From contig NC_042997.1 of the NCBI RefSeq assembly GCF_006345805.1, positions 202,182,001 to 202,246,000 of the forward strand: a stretch of 64,000 nucleotides of DNA, in the 5' to 3' direction. This document shows, piece by piece, positions 50,831 to 64,000 of this stretch; position 1 is the stretch's first letter, and each line of letters opens with the position of its first letter. The position numbers and the translations under genes were made by a program. The DNA comes from Octopus sinensis (taxonomy: Eukaryota). The notes beneath the pieces were generated by a model, which made no database searches, was not told where the DNA came from, and saw nothing but the letters and a program-made list of their open reading frames with translations.

Positions 50831-51149
50831 TCAGTGATCAAAACAAACACACTGTTAGAAGCCACACAGAGATATAAGGTTCACAGATTTTATCAACGAT
50901 ACCACAATCACTAATATAAACATTGCTGTGTGCGTGTGTGTGTACTGAACAAAATAACTGGGGATGCTGCTTCCAAGGCAACATCATAAAGTACAACCCA
51001 AGTTATACAAGGAATGATAAAAGGTAGTAGATAATTACGTAAGAGATAAACATATGGTTTTGAAAAAGTGCAGAAGTATAATTCTCATAAATATTATTTA
51101 CACAAACTATGAAGTATATACATGTGTGTGTATATTAAGCCTTCAGTAT

Positions 51150-51489
51150 GTGTGCATGGCTCAGTGGTTAGAGCGTCAAGCTTACGATCGTGAGGTTGTG
51201 AGCTCGAATCCCGGACCGGGCTGCGTGTTGTGTTCTCGAGCAAGGCACTTTATTTCACGTTGCTCCAGTTCACTCAGCTGTAGAAATGAGTTGCGACGTC
51301 ACTGGTGCCAAGCTGTATCGACCTTTGTCTTTCCCTTGGATAACACTGGTGGCGTGGAGAGGGGAGGCCGGTATGCATGGGCGACTGCTGGCCTTCCATA
51401 GACAACCTTGCCCGGACTTGTATCTAGGAAGGTAACTTTCTAGGTGCAATCCCATGGTCATTCATGACCGAAGGGGGTCTTTACCTTTA
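51150..51489 (+). mobile_element. tRNA-derived CORE SINE, well preserved
   Basis: A box TGGCTCAGTGG, B-box-like GCTCGAATCC, CORE-like GTGTTGTGTTCTCGAGCAAGGCACTTTATTTCAC...TCACTCAGCTG. Confidence 0.8.
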
Positions 51490-52589
51490 TATATATATAT
51501 ATATGTATCTAATGTAGGATAAAATTTTTTTTCTAAAAACAATTTTATCAATGGCCAGCATATTAAAAAATACCTTTAAAGGTTAAATTATATATATATA
51601 TTGTTATATTTCAGAATGATCGTTTTGCCAGTTTAGCCAATAAAAACATACACAAAATTTTTTATAATTATGAGTATAATTATAATTAGGGTTCAGCAAA
51701 AAATTTGCTTCACCGCATACTGAAATTTAGAAATAGCAGTCAAAACTAGCTATTTCTCTACCATAAGAAAATGTCCCAGACAACAATACTCAACAACTTA
51801 CGTAGGCAAAGAGAAAAAATAACAATATATATAGGTACATATATACTCGTATCGAACAGTGAGAACAAGGATCCAATACTGTATTGGTGGATAAATATTC
51901 TTTATTTGTGGGTTAACAAGGATACCAATGGTTTCATGCAAAGGGGGATTTCTTAACAATTATCAAACCTGCCAAATTCTCGTCCCAAATGAATAAGAAT
52001 GTTAAGAAGGACATTCAGTGATAGAACCCTTGCCAAAACTAAAATATGGGAGCAGAATACTGTCTTATGGTTTATTGGATCCTGCTGAACAGTCCAATCC
52101 ATGACAATATGGAAAATGAACATAGAATGATGATGGTGTGTGTGTGTGTGTGTCTTTATATGTATGTGTGTATGCATGTAAGCTCGAAATGTAAAAGACT
52201 TTTCCATTTTTCCCAAGCGTCAAACTAATACACTTACTTGTTGTTCCTACACCTATCTTCATCTTTATTTTTCTATAATTTTGAACACACACCACCCACC
52301 ACACCACCATACCACACCACATCACACCATCCACACACCCACACATGCACACACTCACACATCAAGGTCACCAGCCCCCTTCCACATGCACATACACACT
52401 CTCACATACGCACGCACACACACAACTTTGTTTTATTTATATAATCTTTTATTAAATTCTCTCTTAAATTGGAATGTCTTGGACTTACTTCTGTGCTATT
52501 TCCACCTCCAAAAAAAAAAGATATAAAGAATCTTCCACCCTTTTCCTAATGCTGCCCAAAGAGTCTGACTTAACCAAAACACAAACCCA

Positions 52590-53140
52590 CCCATGACAAC
52601 CGATGTTGGTGTGTTTATGTCCCCCATAACTTAACAGTTCAGTAAAAGAAACTGATAAAATAAGTACTAAGCTTACAAAGAATAAGTTCTGTTCAACTAA
52701 AAGATGGTGCTCCAGCATGGCCACAGTCAAAACGACTGAAACAAGTAAAAGAATATATATGTAGATAGATATTCTTTTAATTTTCTTTAACTTGTTTCAG
52801 TCATTTGACTGTGGCCATGCTGGAGCGCCGCCTTTAGTCAAACAAATTGACACCCCATGACTTATTCTTTGTAAGCCTAGTACTTATTCTATTGGTCTCT
52901 TTTGCCGAATCGCTAAGTTACAGGGACATAAACACACCAACATCAGTTGTCAAGTGATGGTGCAAGAACAAACACAGACACATGCAAATACATATATGTA
53001 TATATATATATATATATATACGACAGGCTTCTTTCAGTTTCCGTCTGCCAAATCCACTCACAAGGCTTCTTTGGTAGGCCTGAGACTATAGTAGAATACA
53101 CTTGCCCAAGGTGCCACTCAGTGGGACTGAACCCAGAGCC
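52590..53140. mobile_element. Tail-to-tail inverted pair of ~400-bp family SINEs
   Basis: + strand tail at 52590-52752; - strand copy at 52785-53140. Confidence 0.8.
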
Positions 53141-53465
53141 ATATTTATACATTCTACTCCTGCACCTATATTTATACATTCTATTTTAAGTTGTTAAAGA
53201 TATGTATAATGCATATTATTTCAATATATTTAATGTATAAATAGTTTGTTGAATATTTGCTCTGTGGATTTTTATAGATCCACATTATTCTTATCACTTG
53301 CTTTTATTTTGCAAGTAAAAAAAAAAAAATGGTTGAAGAAGAGTTTACATGATTTTCCTTGAAGTTGAATCTCTCTTTCAGCCTTTGATAAGTGATACAT
53401 GTGAACATGTGCATCACTGCAAATAGATGCCTTTGCTTGGAATGAACTCACACACACACACATAT

Positions 53466-53503
<38 letters not shown>

Positions 53504-54333
53504 GCACACACTTTTATACTTTTATATCAGTTAAAAAAACATTATTACTTTTTATTGCTCATTTATACATGCATTGTTGTTCTGTTAATATTTTTATATA
53601 TGTGCATTGTTTAAATTATATACAGACACTGATACTCACACACACACACACACACATAAATACACAATTATATCTTTTGTGTTATAATTAGTTTTTTATT
53701 GCTCACTTGTATGCACAAAGTTTTTCCTTTTGATATCTTTTGCCACTATATATATAGTTTGAATTATGCACATACAAATATACATTCATGTATACAAGTA
53801 TATATATATGTATGTATTTGTGTGTGTGTGTGTGTGTATATATGTATGTATATATGTGTGTATATATATATATATATAGACATACATATAGACACGCACA
53901 AAGTGCTTTCAAAAAATGCACACAGCTACAATTATATCCTTTTGTCTAAGGAAACAATGTTTCGTTATTGTTTGAAGAAAAGCAAAGATGTATTAATTTA
54001 GAATTTAAAGGTTAAGATTTTGTTTTGAATGTATGAAAATCAGGAAAGAAAAAATTAAACTAGTTTTCTGAAATAAAGTAGACCCTTTACAATGCAAATA
54101 CCAATTAGACATTGGAATCTGGAGTTCTTTAAAACTCCAAGAATTCTTTTGATTGATGTTCCATTATTTTTGGTATTATATTGTTGTCTTGAAATTTTCA
54201 ATTTCTGATTCTTTCATTGCAAACAATATCATTTCAGTAGATATAATATTCCACAGACAGGCATGTAGAGATTTAGAAATTCAGACTTCTTAATCACTCA
54301 ATAAGTAAGCTGTGTTATAAATTTATGTACAAA

Positions 54334-54950
54334 GCAGGGGTGGCTGTGTGGTAAGTAGCGAGGGTGGCGATCTGGCAGAAACGTTAGCACGCCGGGCGAA
54401 ATGCTTAGCAGTATTTCGTCTGCCGCTATGTTCTGAGTTCAAATTCCGCCGAGGTTGACTTTGTCTTTCATCCTTTCAGGATCGATTAAATAAGTACCAG
54501 TTACGCACTGGGGTCAATATAATCGACTTAATCCATGTATCTGTCCTTGTTTGTCCCCTCTGTGTTTAGCCCCTTGTATGTAGTAAAGAAATATGTAAGT
54601 AGCTTGCTTACCAACCACAGGGTTCCGGGTTCGGTCTCACTGCATGGCACCTTGGGCAAGTGGCTTCTGCTATACCCTCGAGCAGACCAAAGCCTTGTGA
54701 GTGGATTTGGTAGATGGAAACTGAAAGATGCCCATCGTGTATATATATGTGTGTGTGTGTTCGTGTGTGTGTCCCCCTCCCAACATCACTTGATAACGAT
54801 GCTGGTGTGTTTACATCCCCCGTAACTTAGCATTTTGGCAAAAGAGACCAATAGAAATAAGAACTAGTCTAACAAAGAATAAGTCCTGGGGTCAATTTGT
54901 TCAACTAAAGGTGGTGCTCCAACATGGCCACAGTCAAATGACTGAAGCAT
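54334..54950 (+). mobile_element. ~400-bp family SINE interrupted by a Nin-domain-type SINE (54360-54594)
   Basis: 9-bp TSD GTAAGTAGC at 54351-54359 and 54595-54603; the host head resumes after the insert. Confidence 0.85.
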
Positions 54951-55733
54951 ACAATGAAAATATTTCTTCATATTGACAAGTGAGAAGTTAATGATACATA
55001 TACGTGTGTGTATGTGATTTTATCGTTTATTTGTTTCACTCATTAGACTGTGGCCATGCTGGGGCACTGCCTTCAATTTTTTAGTCAAATCAATCAATCT
55101 TAAGCACTTATTTTATTTTTTTTTACTTTTAGCCCGGTACTTATTATGTCATTCATTTTTGTTGAAGCGCTAAGTTACAGGGACATAAACACACCAACAA
55201 TGGCTGTCAAGAAGTGGTGGGGGAACAAACACAGGCACCAAGACAAACACACACACACTCACCATCACATACACATTCACACACACTCACCTTCTCACAC
55301 AAACGCACCCTCACTCACACACTCACCCTCATGCACCCACACACACACACACTCCCACACATATGACAGGTTTCTTTCAGTATGCTTGAATATATATTTT
55401 ATGTAGTATATCCTTGGTTAAGGCTGGTCAGAAAGTTACCATTGGTCTCACAATCTACTCTTGCACTTGGCAATATCGGTGACTCATCAAAAATGCTGGC
55501 CAGAGGCACATAACCTCAGTCTTGGTCAGTTTACTCTTTTACTTGTTTCAGCCATTTGACTGTGGCCATGCTGGAGCACTGCCCTTTAGTCGAGCAAATT
55601 GACCCCAGGACTTATTCTTTGTAAGCCTAGTACTTATTCTATCGGTCTCTTTTGCCAAACTGCTAAGTTATGGGGACATAAACACACCAGCATCGGTTGT
55701 CAAGCAATGTTTGGGGGACAAACACAGACACAA

Positions 55734-55783
<50 letters not shown>

Positions 55784-57984
55784 CGGACTTCAGTTTCCGT
55801 CTACCTAATCTACTCACAAGGCTTTGGTCAGCCCAAGGCTATAGTAGAAAACACTTGTGCAAGGTGCCATGCAGTGGGACTGAACCCGGAATCATGTGGT
55901 TTGGTAATATTTTATTTTTTATCAGCAGAAGTTACAGAGTTATCAAACTCTGTGAATGCCAAGCATGAAACTCTCAGCTCTTCAGCTAGATTGTAACTTC
56001 TATGATAATCATCACCATTTAACATTCTCTTTTCCTGCTGGCATGGGTTGGATGGCTTGACAGGAACTGGCAAGCCAGTAGACTGTGCCAAGCTTCTACT
56101 GAATGATCTGGCATGGTTTCTATGGTTGGATGCTCTTCCTAAAGCCAACCACTGTACAGTGTGTACTCGGTGCCTTTTATGTGGCACCAGCAGCAGCTGG
56201 ATACCCTTCCTAATGCTAACCACTTTGCAGAGTGTACAGGATACTTATTACACGGCAACACATACATACAACTGGTTTAAAACAGTTTCTGTCCACCAAA
56301 TTCGCCCACAAGGCATTGATTTATATGCACAAACTGCTGCCCTGTAAGACTGAACTTAAAAACACATGGTCACAAAGTAAACTTTTTAACAAGTCATATC
56401 TGTAACTTTCAAAATAGAATATGTATATTAAAATCCTTATAGACATTTACCTAATTCTGTATAATCAAATGCATTTTGTTTTTTTCTATTTTTACTCCTC
56501 CCCCTTCTCTCTCTCTTCTTTAAAGCAAGTTCTGTATAAAACACGAGAAATAAATATATGCTTTGTGGTGAAGATAAAAAAACATATCTCTATGGTTAAT
56601 TTGATGGTGGAAATTTGTGATATCTTTTGTCTGTTTGCTGTCTATGTTATCAGCCTGTAATGCCGCTATTGTCTCTGTGTGATCAAACTGCTGTGATATT
56701 TCTATGGGCAGTTTCTGATTTTTTTTTTTTTTTTTTTTTTTGCTATTAGCCTTTGATATCTGTAACATCTGATGGTATTTAGTTGAGATGAATCCCAATC
56801 AGGCACACAGACCTATGATGATCAGACATTCCAGCCATGACCATCTCGTTTTTATCGACATAGTTCTTCTCAAACTACAATATATTCTTAAATTTTTAAA
56901 AAGTGGTCTCCTGCAATTTCTGAAAGATTTGGATGCTATTTCTTGCACCCCAACTGACCATCTTAGAACTTCCCATGTTTTTCTAATGCTTGTCATGTTT
57001 GTACAGTGACAAAAGATTTGTGCTTAGACTATCAACAAGAAGTTTGCCATTATTATTCAGTTTTAAATTGCTGTTTACAAATCTTATGTTATACATAATA
57101 ACTACATCCTATTCAAATATTCTCTCCACTTCTATAGTTATCTTGTCTCTTACTATTAATTCCATTATACTTACTACATAATTTATCTCTAATTTCCTCT
57201 TCCAAGTATATCTGTTTTCCTGTTATAAATGTGCTTTCATTCATCTAGAATATATGTAATTTATCTAAATAATATATTGTATTTAGCATACAGTGCCAGT
57301 ATCTTCCATTTACTCTTTTATTTGTAGTGCTAGTAATTTTAGTCGGCACATTTTCTGTTTTACTATTTCTACTCTCTTGAGAGATATGTCTCATGTTCCC
57401 CATATATATGTCTATGCGTATTCCCTCACATTCATACACATACATATCTATATATATATATATGTATATACGTACATTTTTTTTTATTAGTAAATCCTTA
57501 GATTCATTCATAATACTTTGCTGGCAGAAATCTATGTTAAATCTCTTCGGCCCTTTCTTTGACATTTTCTCAAAGTTCCCCACCATTTTGTGCTTTTAAG
57601 TAATTTTGGTGATTATAGTGAATCACTTAGAAATAGATATGCAATCAGCCATCAAAATTTATCTAAGTTCTGTAGCCTAAAAGCAACTCATCATGTTAAT
57701 ATGAACTGTGACTTTTATAATTCATTTTGAACTCTTAAATTGCTTTCTCTGTATAGATCTTCCTACTCCATAGAAAATAGAGATTCTGATGAGATTCTGT
57801 TAGTCCAATACAAAAATCATAAAATTTTAACTCTTGCATGAATTTGGATGAAACTTATAACATGATGTAATCATTGTCAGTGTATATTGTGAATATGGTT
57901 TTCACATGTTGCCATGTCACTTTCACTTGCCCAAGTAGATTGAATAAACTTAATTAATTATACATACATTTTCTCACATACATA

Positions 57985-58315
57985 TACAAGTGTCTTCTAC
58001 TATAGCCTCGGGCCAACCAAAGCCTTGTGAGTGGATTTGGTAAACAGAAACTGAAAGAAGCCTGTCGTATATATGTGTATGTATATGTGTGTGTGTGTGT
58101 ATATGCTTGCGTGTCTGTGTTTGTCCTCCCAACATCACATGACAAATGATGCTGGTGTGTTTATGTCCCCATAACCTAGCAGTTCAACAAAAGAGACCCA
58201 TAGAATAAGTACTAGGCTTACAAAAATAAGTCCTGGGGTCGATTTGCTTGACTAAAGGCAGTGCTCCAGCATGGCTGCAGTCAAATGACTGAAACCAGTA
58301 AAAGAGTAAAGAGAG
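57985..58315 (+). mobile_element. 5'-truncated ~400-bp family SINE
   Basis: CAAGTGTCTTCTACTATAGCC ... GACTGAAACCAGTAAAAGAG. Confidence 0.85.
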
Positions 58316-59539
58316 TATATAAATTCTTGGGCATTGATTCAGAGCTTAATTTTTGCTTCTGTTGTCTCTGTAACTTTCATCAGAAAGAGCATTTACTTTC
58401 ATCTTTTATATCAATGTAATGAAGATGGTGTTACCTTGTTGCTGCACATAACATGTTGACTTATCACTCATCTTAGCAAAAAATTTCTTCAGGAAGATGT
58501 TGAAGAAAATATTTTGTTATTAAATTCAAAAGTTTAATAAGGCCCACATCACCAATGAAAACATTGGACTATCTATGGCTATCAAATAGGGATATCTTAG
58601 AACTATGAGGGCTATTTATGATCAACAAATAAGGATATCTTTTGACACCTGACCCCTGTTGGTGAGTATCAAAAGGTATATATTTCAGGTGATTATTTAT
58701 TTTATGTCACATTTTATGAACAATTGCATCATTGGTTACAGACTTTCAATAAAGCCAATCAATAGTTCACTGTATCTACAACGGCAAGAGTAATAAAGGA
58801 GTGTTGATGCAACTGAAGAGGAACAAATACCTCCAGGGTGCTTTCTTTTTATATATTGTACAGCTTTATTGGTTTTCTCATTCATTGCATCTTTGTTCGA
58901 TATATATTCAGAAAGATATAGTCATACATATATAACAAATTTCCACTCACAAAATTAAAGTGAAGCTGTAATACAAGTTACTTTCCCAAGGTGCCACACA
59001 GTAAGATCAAAGCCGGGACCGTTATGAAGTGATCTTCGTAACTATACAGCAGTACCTGTGCCCAAACAAACAAGAAATACTGAATTGATTTAGTATATCA
59101 GACCAAGACAAAACCCACAGAAAATCAATACACAGACATCCATATTTATGTTTGTGTGATAGTTAATCTTTTGATAAACTAGAAGAAATGATTTGACCAG
59201 TTCTTGAATCAATTTTCTTTAGTGTTGAATAGACGAGAGATAAATCTCCTTCTTTATAAGACACTAGCAGGTTATCACAAGTCAGAAAAAGTTGAATTTT
59301 AAAAGTATCTGAACTACAATATGAAGAATAAACTGTCTCGTTCAGAGACATGTCAAACTACCTTCTGGGAACTGAACTTAGAAAGTGAAAGCTGGAATTC
59401 AATATCATATCAACTAAGTGGTGTCAACATCTACAGACTTAATACAATCATAAGTTTATAGACATTAAGCTTGTATATTGATAGTCGTCATATATTGTAG
59501 TGCAGGAGATGACAGCATTGACATCACTTAAAATAGTAG

Positions 59540-59957
59540 GGGCAGATGAAGCTGTCTTAAGAAGTTAGCTTCCCAAACACACGTGTCTGGGTTCAGTCCC
59601 ACTGTATGGCACCTTTGGCAAGTGTCTTCTACTATAGCCTCAGGCAGACCAAAGCCTTGTGAATGGATTTGGTAGAAACTGAAAGAAACCCATCATATAT
59701 ATATCTATATTTGTTTATATATATCTATAATATGTATGTCTTTGTGTCGGTGTTTGTCCCTCACCACTTCTTGGCAACCTGTGTTGGTGTGTTTACATTC
59801 CATATCTTAGCACTTCAGCAAAAGAGACTCGTAGAATAAGTACTAGGCTTCAAAAAAATAGGTATTGGGGTCAATTCACTCAGCTAAGATTATCCAAGGC
59901 AGTGGGTGCTCCAGCATGACCACAGTCTAATGACTGAAATAAGTAAAAGATAAAAGA
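59540..59957 (+). mobile_element. ~400-bp family SINE
   Basis: GGGTTCAGTCCCACTG head through GACTGAAATAAGTAAAAGA tail. Confidence 0.8.
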
Positions 59958-60871
59958 TACCTTGAATTTAAATACCCAGGTGGACAGGTAGTTAAATAGT
60001 GGCTAGGGCCAATCTTGATTAGAGGAAACCACATTAAATGGTCTTTTTGTAATTAGACAAAGCATTTGTCTTAGATGAATGATATATCAGTGTCATTTTA
60101 AGGCATGGGTACCCTGCTTCAAGACCGTATGAATTTGAAGACTCCTTGTTAATCTGTACTTGCTGTGGTTTACTGTCCATAAATACTATAGACCCCAGTA
60201 TATTACATAGCCCCAGGGGCTATAATGTTGTTAGGGTAGCATGAATGTGAAAGATTATGATTTGCCAAGTAGTAAGTAAAAAATAAAATTTCCATATTGT
60301 TGCTAAATTATGATTAATTGATGGAGGAGGGGAAGAATAATTAGGATGATGGAGTGGGTGGAGATGATGCCCAAAATAATTATGGTGATATTCTAGATAA
60401 GAATTTAACAAGTACAGAGAGTACGGGTCGTTTGCAAATGAGAAGTGATTCTTATAATGTTCTTTGGTTAGGAATTCAACAACTTGATGCTTATTTGTAT
60501 AAACATGGGAATCTGGACAAAAATTATGTTTTTATTTAGCTCCAGGCCAACCTTAACCAATCAGCTTGAATTGTCATTTTTAGATGGACAGTATGATCTT
60601 AGAAAGATTGGCTGCTATTTCTACACTGATGGAAGACTTATGTGGGCTGCAAGAGGTCTGAGTTGAAAAATAAACCTCATTTGGTCACATTCCATGAGAG
60701 TATCTTGATCACACTATGAACTTTTCAACTGACCAACATAAGAAGGGAAATCAAGTAACTGTATAATGACCTATCTTGAAGGCTTGTCATTCTTTGTTAT
60801 GAGTAGTAAGTTACTAATGGATTGATTTTCAAATTTTATAAACCAATCAGATTGAAATTGAAAGTATTATA

Positions 60872-61080
60872 GCTATAACAGGGTCCAATCAAAAGCAACC
60901 ATCATTACACTTCCCATCTGGATTCCCAAGTGTAACCAATTGGGACTTTGAATATTATCCAGCCATCTCATTCTTGGTCTAACCTTAGGTCTCCTGCTTG
61001 TTGGCTCAGCTTGAAGAATCCATCTTGCAATTCTTTTCTGTGGCATTCTTATCAGGTGTGTTGTGCTGGAGCAATGATTT
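60872..61080 (-). mobile_element. Decayed RTE LINE ORF C-terminal fragment (third family, Rex3/Expander-like)
   Basis: Manual minus-strand translation HLIRMPQKRIARWILQAEPTSRRPKVRPRMRWLDNIQ..W..LGI; absent from the ORF track. Confidence 0.7.
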
Positions 61081-61166
61081 AAGTCTTATATTATAATTTG
61101 ATTGCAAGTGTCATAGAATGTAAAACCTATGCATGTTTTGTTCCTTTTGAAATGTATTTTTTACCC

Positions 61167-61605
61167 TGTTGTGTCTGGGGAGAGTCATTTTCTTTTTGTG
61201 CCTTATAATGTAATACACTCACCGGTAAAATTTCCACTTTTTTCTTATTTTTATTGTCCTAAAATTTTCGTTGCGTCTTGCAACCTTTTCAATACATACA
61301 CATGCAAACACACACACATACATACGTACATGCATGCATGTATAGGCACACACACACACATGCACACAAACAAACAAAAGGGAACGCTGTGTAAATAATG
61401 GACAGAGTCAAAACTATGGAAAAGGTTGCAAGATGCAACGAAAATTTTAGGACAATAAAAATAAGAAAAAAGTGGAAATTTTACCGGTGAATGTGTTACA
61501 TTATAAGGCACAAAAAGAAAATGTCTCTCTCCAGACACAACAGAATATGCTTCAACACACGAACTCATATAAAGAACCTTGCAAACCAAATCCAAAAACG
61601 AAATA
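61167..61605. mobile_element. Inverted-repeat element (family of 5384-5634) with microsatellite spacer
   Basis: 61167-61293 is inverted against ~61415-61543; the right arm extends to 61605. Confidence 0.65.
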
Positions 61606-64000
61606 TTTTTTACCATTTGCTCAAAAATAGCCAGGACTGAAACCACACCTATTTTAATGTTTTGGTTTTGGCTGTGTCTGTGATCTCTGCAATTTTTCTC
61701 AAGACTTGTGCAGTCAACATGGTTAACATATCTTTTTAAAAGCTTCAGGTTGTCTGCTGTAGGGAAAAACTGGGGAGTGAGGTAATTCTAGTGTGATGAT
61801 GGTCGAAGAAAGCAAGAATTAGGTAAAGTCATTAGTGCGGGGCCTTTGGGGAATAAAATACAGTATCGTGTGGCAGAAAGAGGAAAGATGTGTTAGACAA
61901 GTGGCCTGATGCCAGCCGACTGCAAAGAGCAGCAGCCACTATAGGAGAAAAGATGGGAGAAGAGGAGACAACACATGTGTGTGCAGGAGGTTGGAATGCA
62001 TTGGTGAGCGACTTTAGGCCAATCCATCAATGACCCTTTTCTTTAAAAATGCACATTGCTTCCCACCATGTGATTTCAAGTTCAGTCCCACTGCATGGCA
62101 ACTGGGCAAGTGTCTTCTACTGTAGCTTCATGTTGACGAAGGGCCTTATGGTTGGACTTGATATACAGAAACTGAAAGAGGTCTGTGTGTGTGTGTGTAT
62201 GTATGACAGGCTTCTTTTAGTTTCCACCTACCAAATCCACTTATAAGGTTTTAGTCAGCCTAAAGCTATAATAGAAAACACTTGCTAAAGGTGCCACACA
62301 GTGGGACTGAACCTGGAACCATGTAGTTTGGAGGTAAACTTTTTACCGCACAGTAACATCTGTGCCTGTGTAGTATAGTAATGGTATAGTTATAGTAATA
62401 AAGAAAGATACATCATAAATTGTATTCTCTTACTAGTTTTAGTCATTGGACCATGACTCTGCTTGAGCAAGGTTTCTATGAATGCATAAAAAGTTAGATT
62501 CCTAAATAATTAGGAGTATTGAAGTGTGTTGGTGGAAACGGGGGTATTTGGTTTGATGGATTGTGAAGAGAAAGATAGCTCAACTTAACTCCTGTTTCAC
62601 CACAATTCGTGACATTCAATAGACATGCATCTGACAGAAGAAAGCACGTCCTGCATGTAAATCAATATGTCTGGTCATGTTATGAGAAATTTTAGAAACA
62701 TTCAGGAAAATAATAATCAATAAGATTATAGAAAATCAATAGACATTTCTTTTTTCTACAGTTCTTACAGGAAATTAGTAATGCAGAATGAATTCAAAAC
62801 AGGAAAAAGGTGTTTAAACAAAAATTAAATGTGTTTTCTGAAAGGCATATAGAATATTACGAAAATTTATCTGTAGATAAAAACTAATAATAATAATAAT
62901 AATATTTCAGCATTAACAATAAAACAACTGATTAATAATTCTAAAAAGACTGATTATTTTGTTATTTTAATAAGAAGACATTGTGTACGGTACAGAACAG
63001 CATTTTTGTCAGTCATCTAGGAAATTGCTTACTTTAAGTTCATCATTCTATTTTTTTCTTCTTAAATTCTGAAGTTGAAATTTTTGCAAACGTTTGGAAA
63101 AAACTTTGTCAAAAATTCATTGAATATTATCTCAATAATTCAGATCAATGTAAATACATTAAATTCAACAAAATCAAAAATTAGGTTCTTCACATAATGG
63201 AAAAATCAATAATGCAGTGAATATTTTGACCTACAAATGGTTTTCGAGGGAACAGGTAGCTGATTTGGAATTCAAATAAAATTCTAACTGGATTGAGAAA
63301 GTTCAGAAGAATTTATCAAATATTTGAAAAAGATGAATATGAAAGAAGGCAAAATTTAAAATATCACATATTTGTCTCCATTGTAGCGTGGATTGGATGG
63401 TTTCTTTCAAAATCTGAATATTTGCATGTAAACTGATGGTACAAATATGTGTATGGTTGGATCAGCTACTCGTTTGTGAAGTAGAAATGATAATTACTTC
63501 AAACTAGACACACTGAGGCGAGAGCTTATGTTGCTGGAAAGTTTCACAGGGCGTCAATTGATCCCTAAACATCTTTTGTATCATGCTTTGTAGTTTTTAT
63601 TGTTTTACTTGTTCTAGTCATCGGGCTGTGGCCATGCTGGGGCACTGCCTTGAAGGGTTTCGGTGAAAACATCCCACTGTGTGGCAACTTGAGCAAGTGT
63701 CTTCTACTATAGCCTTGGGTCAACCAAAGCCTTGTGAGTGGATTTAGTAGACAGAAACTGAAAGAAGCCCATCAGATATAAATATTATATATATATATGT
63801 ATATGTATGTATGTATATATTTATATAGTGTTTATATTATTATATGACCGAACGCCACACATCCTTTTCCAAGTAAATTTTATATATATATAGTGGCATT
63901 TAAAAAGCACCATTTGAGCATGGTCGATGCCAGTCCCACCGGACTGGCTTCCATGCCAGTGGCACATAAAAAGCACCATACAAATGTGGTCGTTGCCAGT

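Noticed and set aside
51150-51222. tRNA gene
   Set aside because: Acceptor stem does not pair and the sequence runs into a CORE-like SINE body; it is a SINE head
57477-57676. Possible minus-strand exon (TTTTAG|...AAT|GTACGT) containing MVGNFEKMSKKG...
   Set aside because: Weak splice signals, no recognisable protein, no partner exons
62760-63560. Possible decayed transposase or exon
   Set aside because: Stops in all frames; only a vague TDG motif

Overview
AT-rich, repeat-dense animal DNA, intronic or intergenic. The SINE and microsatellite content suggests an octopus/coleoid cephalopod (inference). I found no host protein-coding exon I can support, and most listed ORFs are microsatellite or SINE artefacts. 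Main contents: (1) the 3' end of an RTE-clade LINE (1-2965) whose 3' UTR is expanded into a hierarchical tandem array and whose tail is shared with many short dispersed repeats; (2) a near full-length, young Naiad-like Penelope-like element (PLE; 26691-30560, minus) with RT, GIY-YIG endonuclease and pseudo-LTR repeats, inserted in (TA)n; (3) several tRNA-derived SINE families plus hAT, Tc1/mariner and TTAA-type MITEs; (4) one strong non-coding exon candidate (39841-40039). The most interesting signal is a set of type I hammerhead-ribozyme motifs with palindromic stem III and mostly long stem II. One lies in the PLE pseudo-LTR and others lie in at least four distinct short non-coding elements, most paired with an inverted partial copy of themselves. 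There is also a covarying hairpin downstream of the ribozyme, a PLE linker zinc knuckle that has lost its cysteines, and a 112-nt miRNA-like hairpin. All structures were read by eye; no folding program or database search was run.
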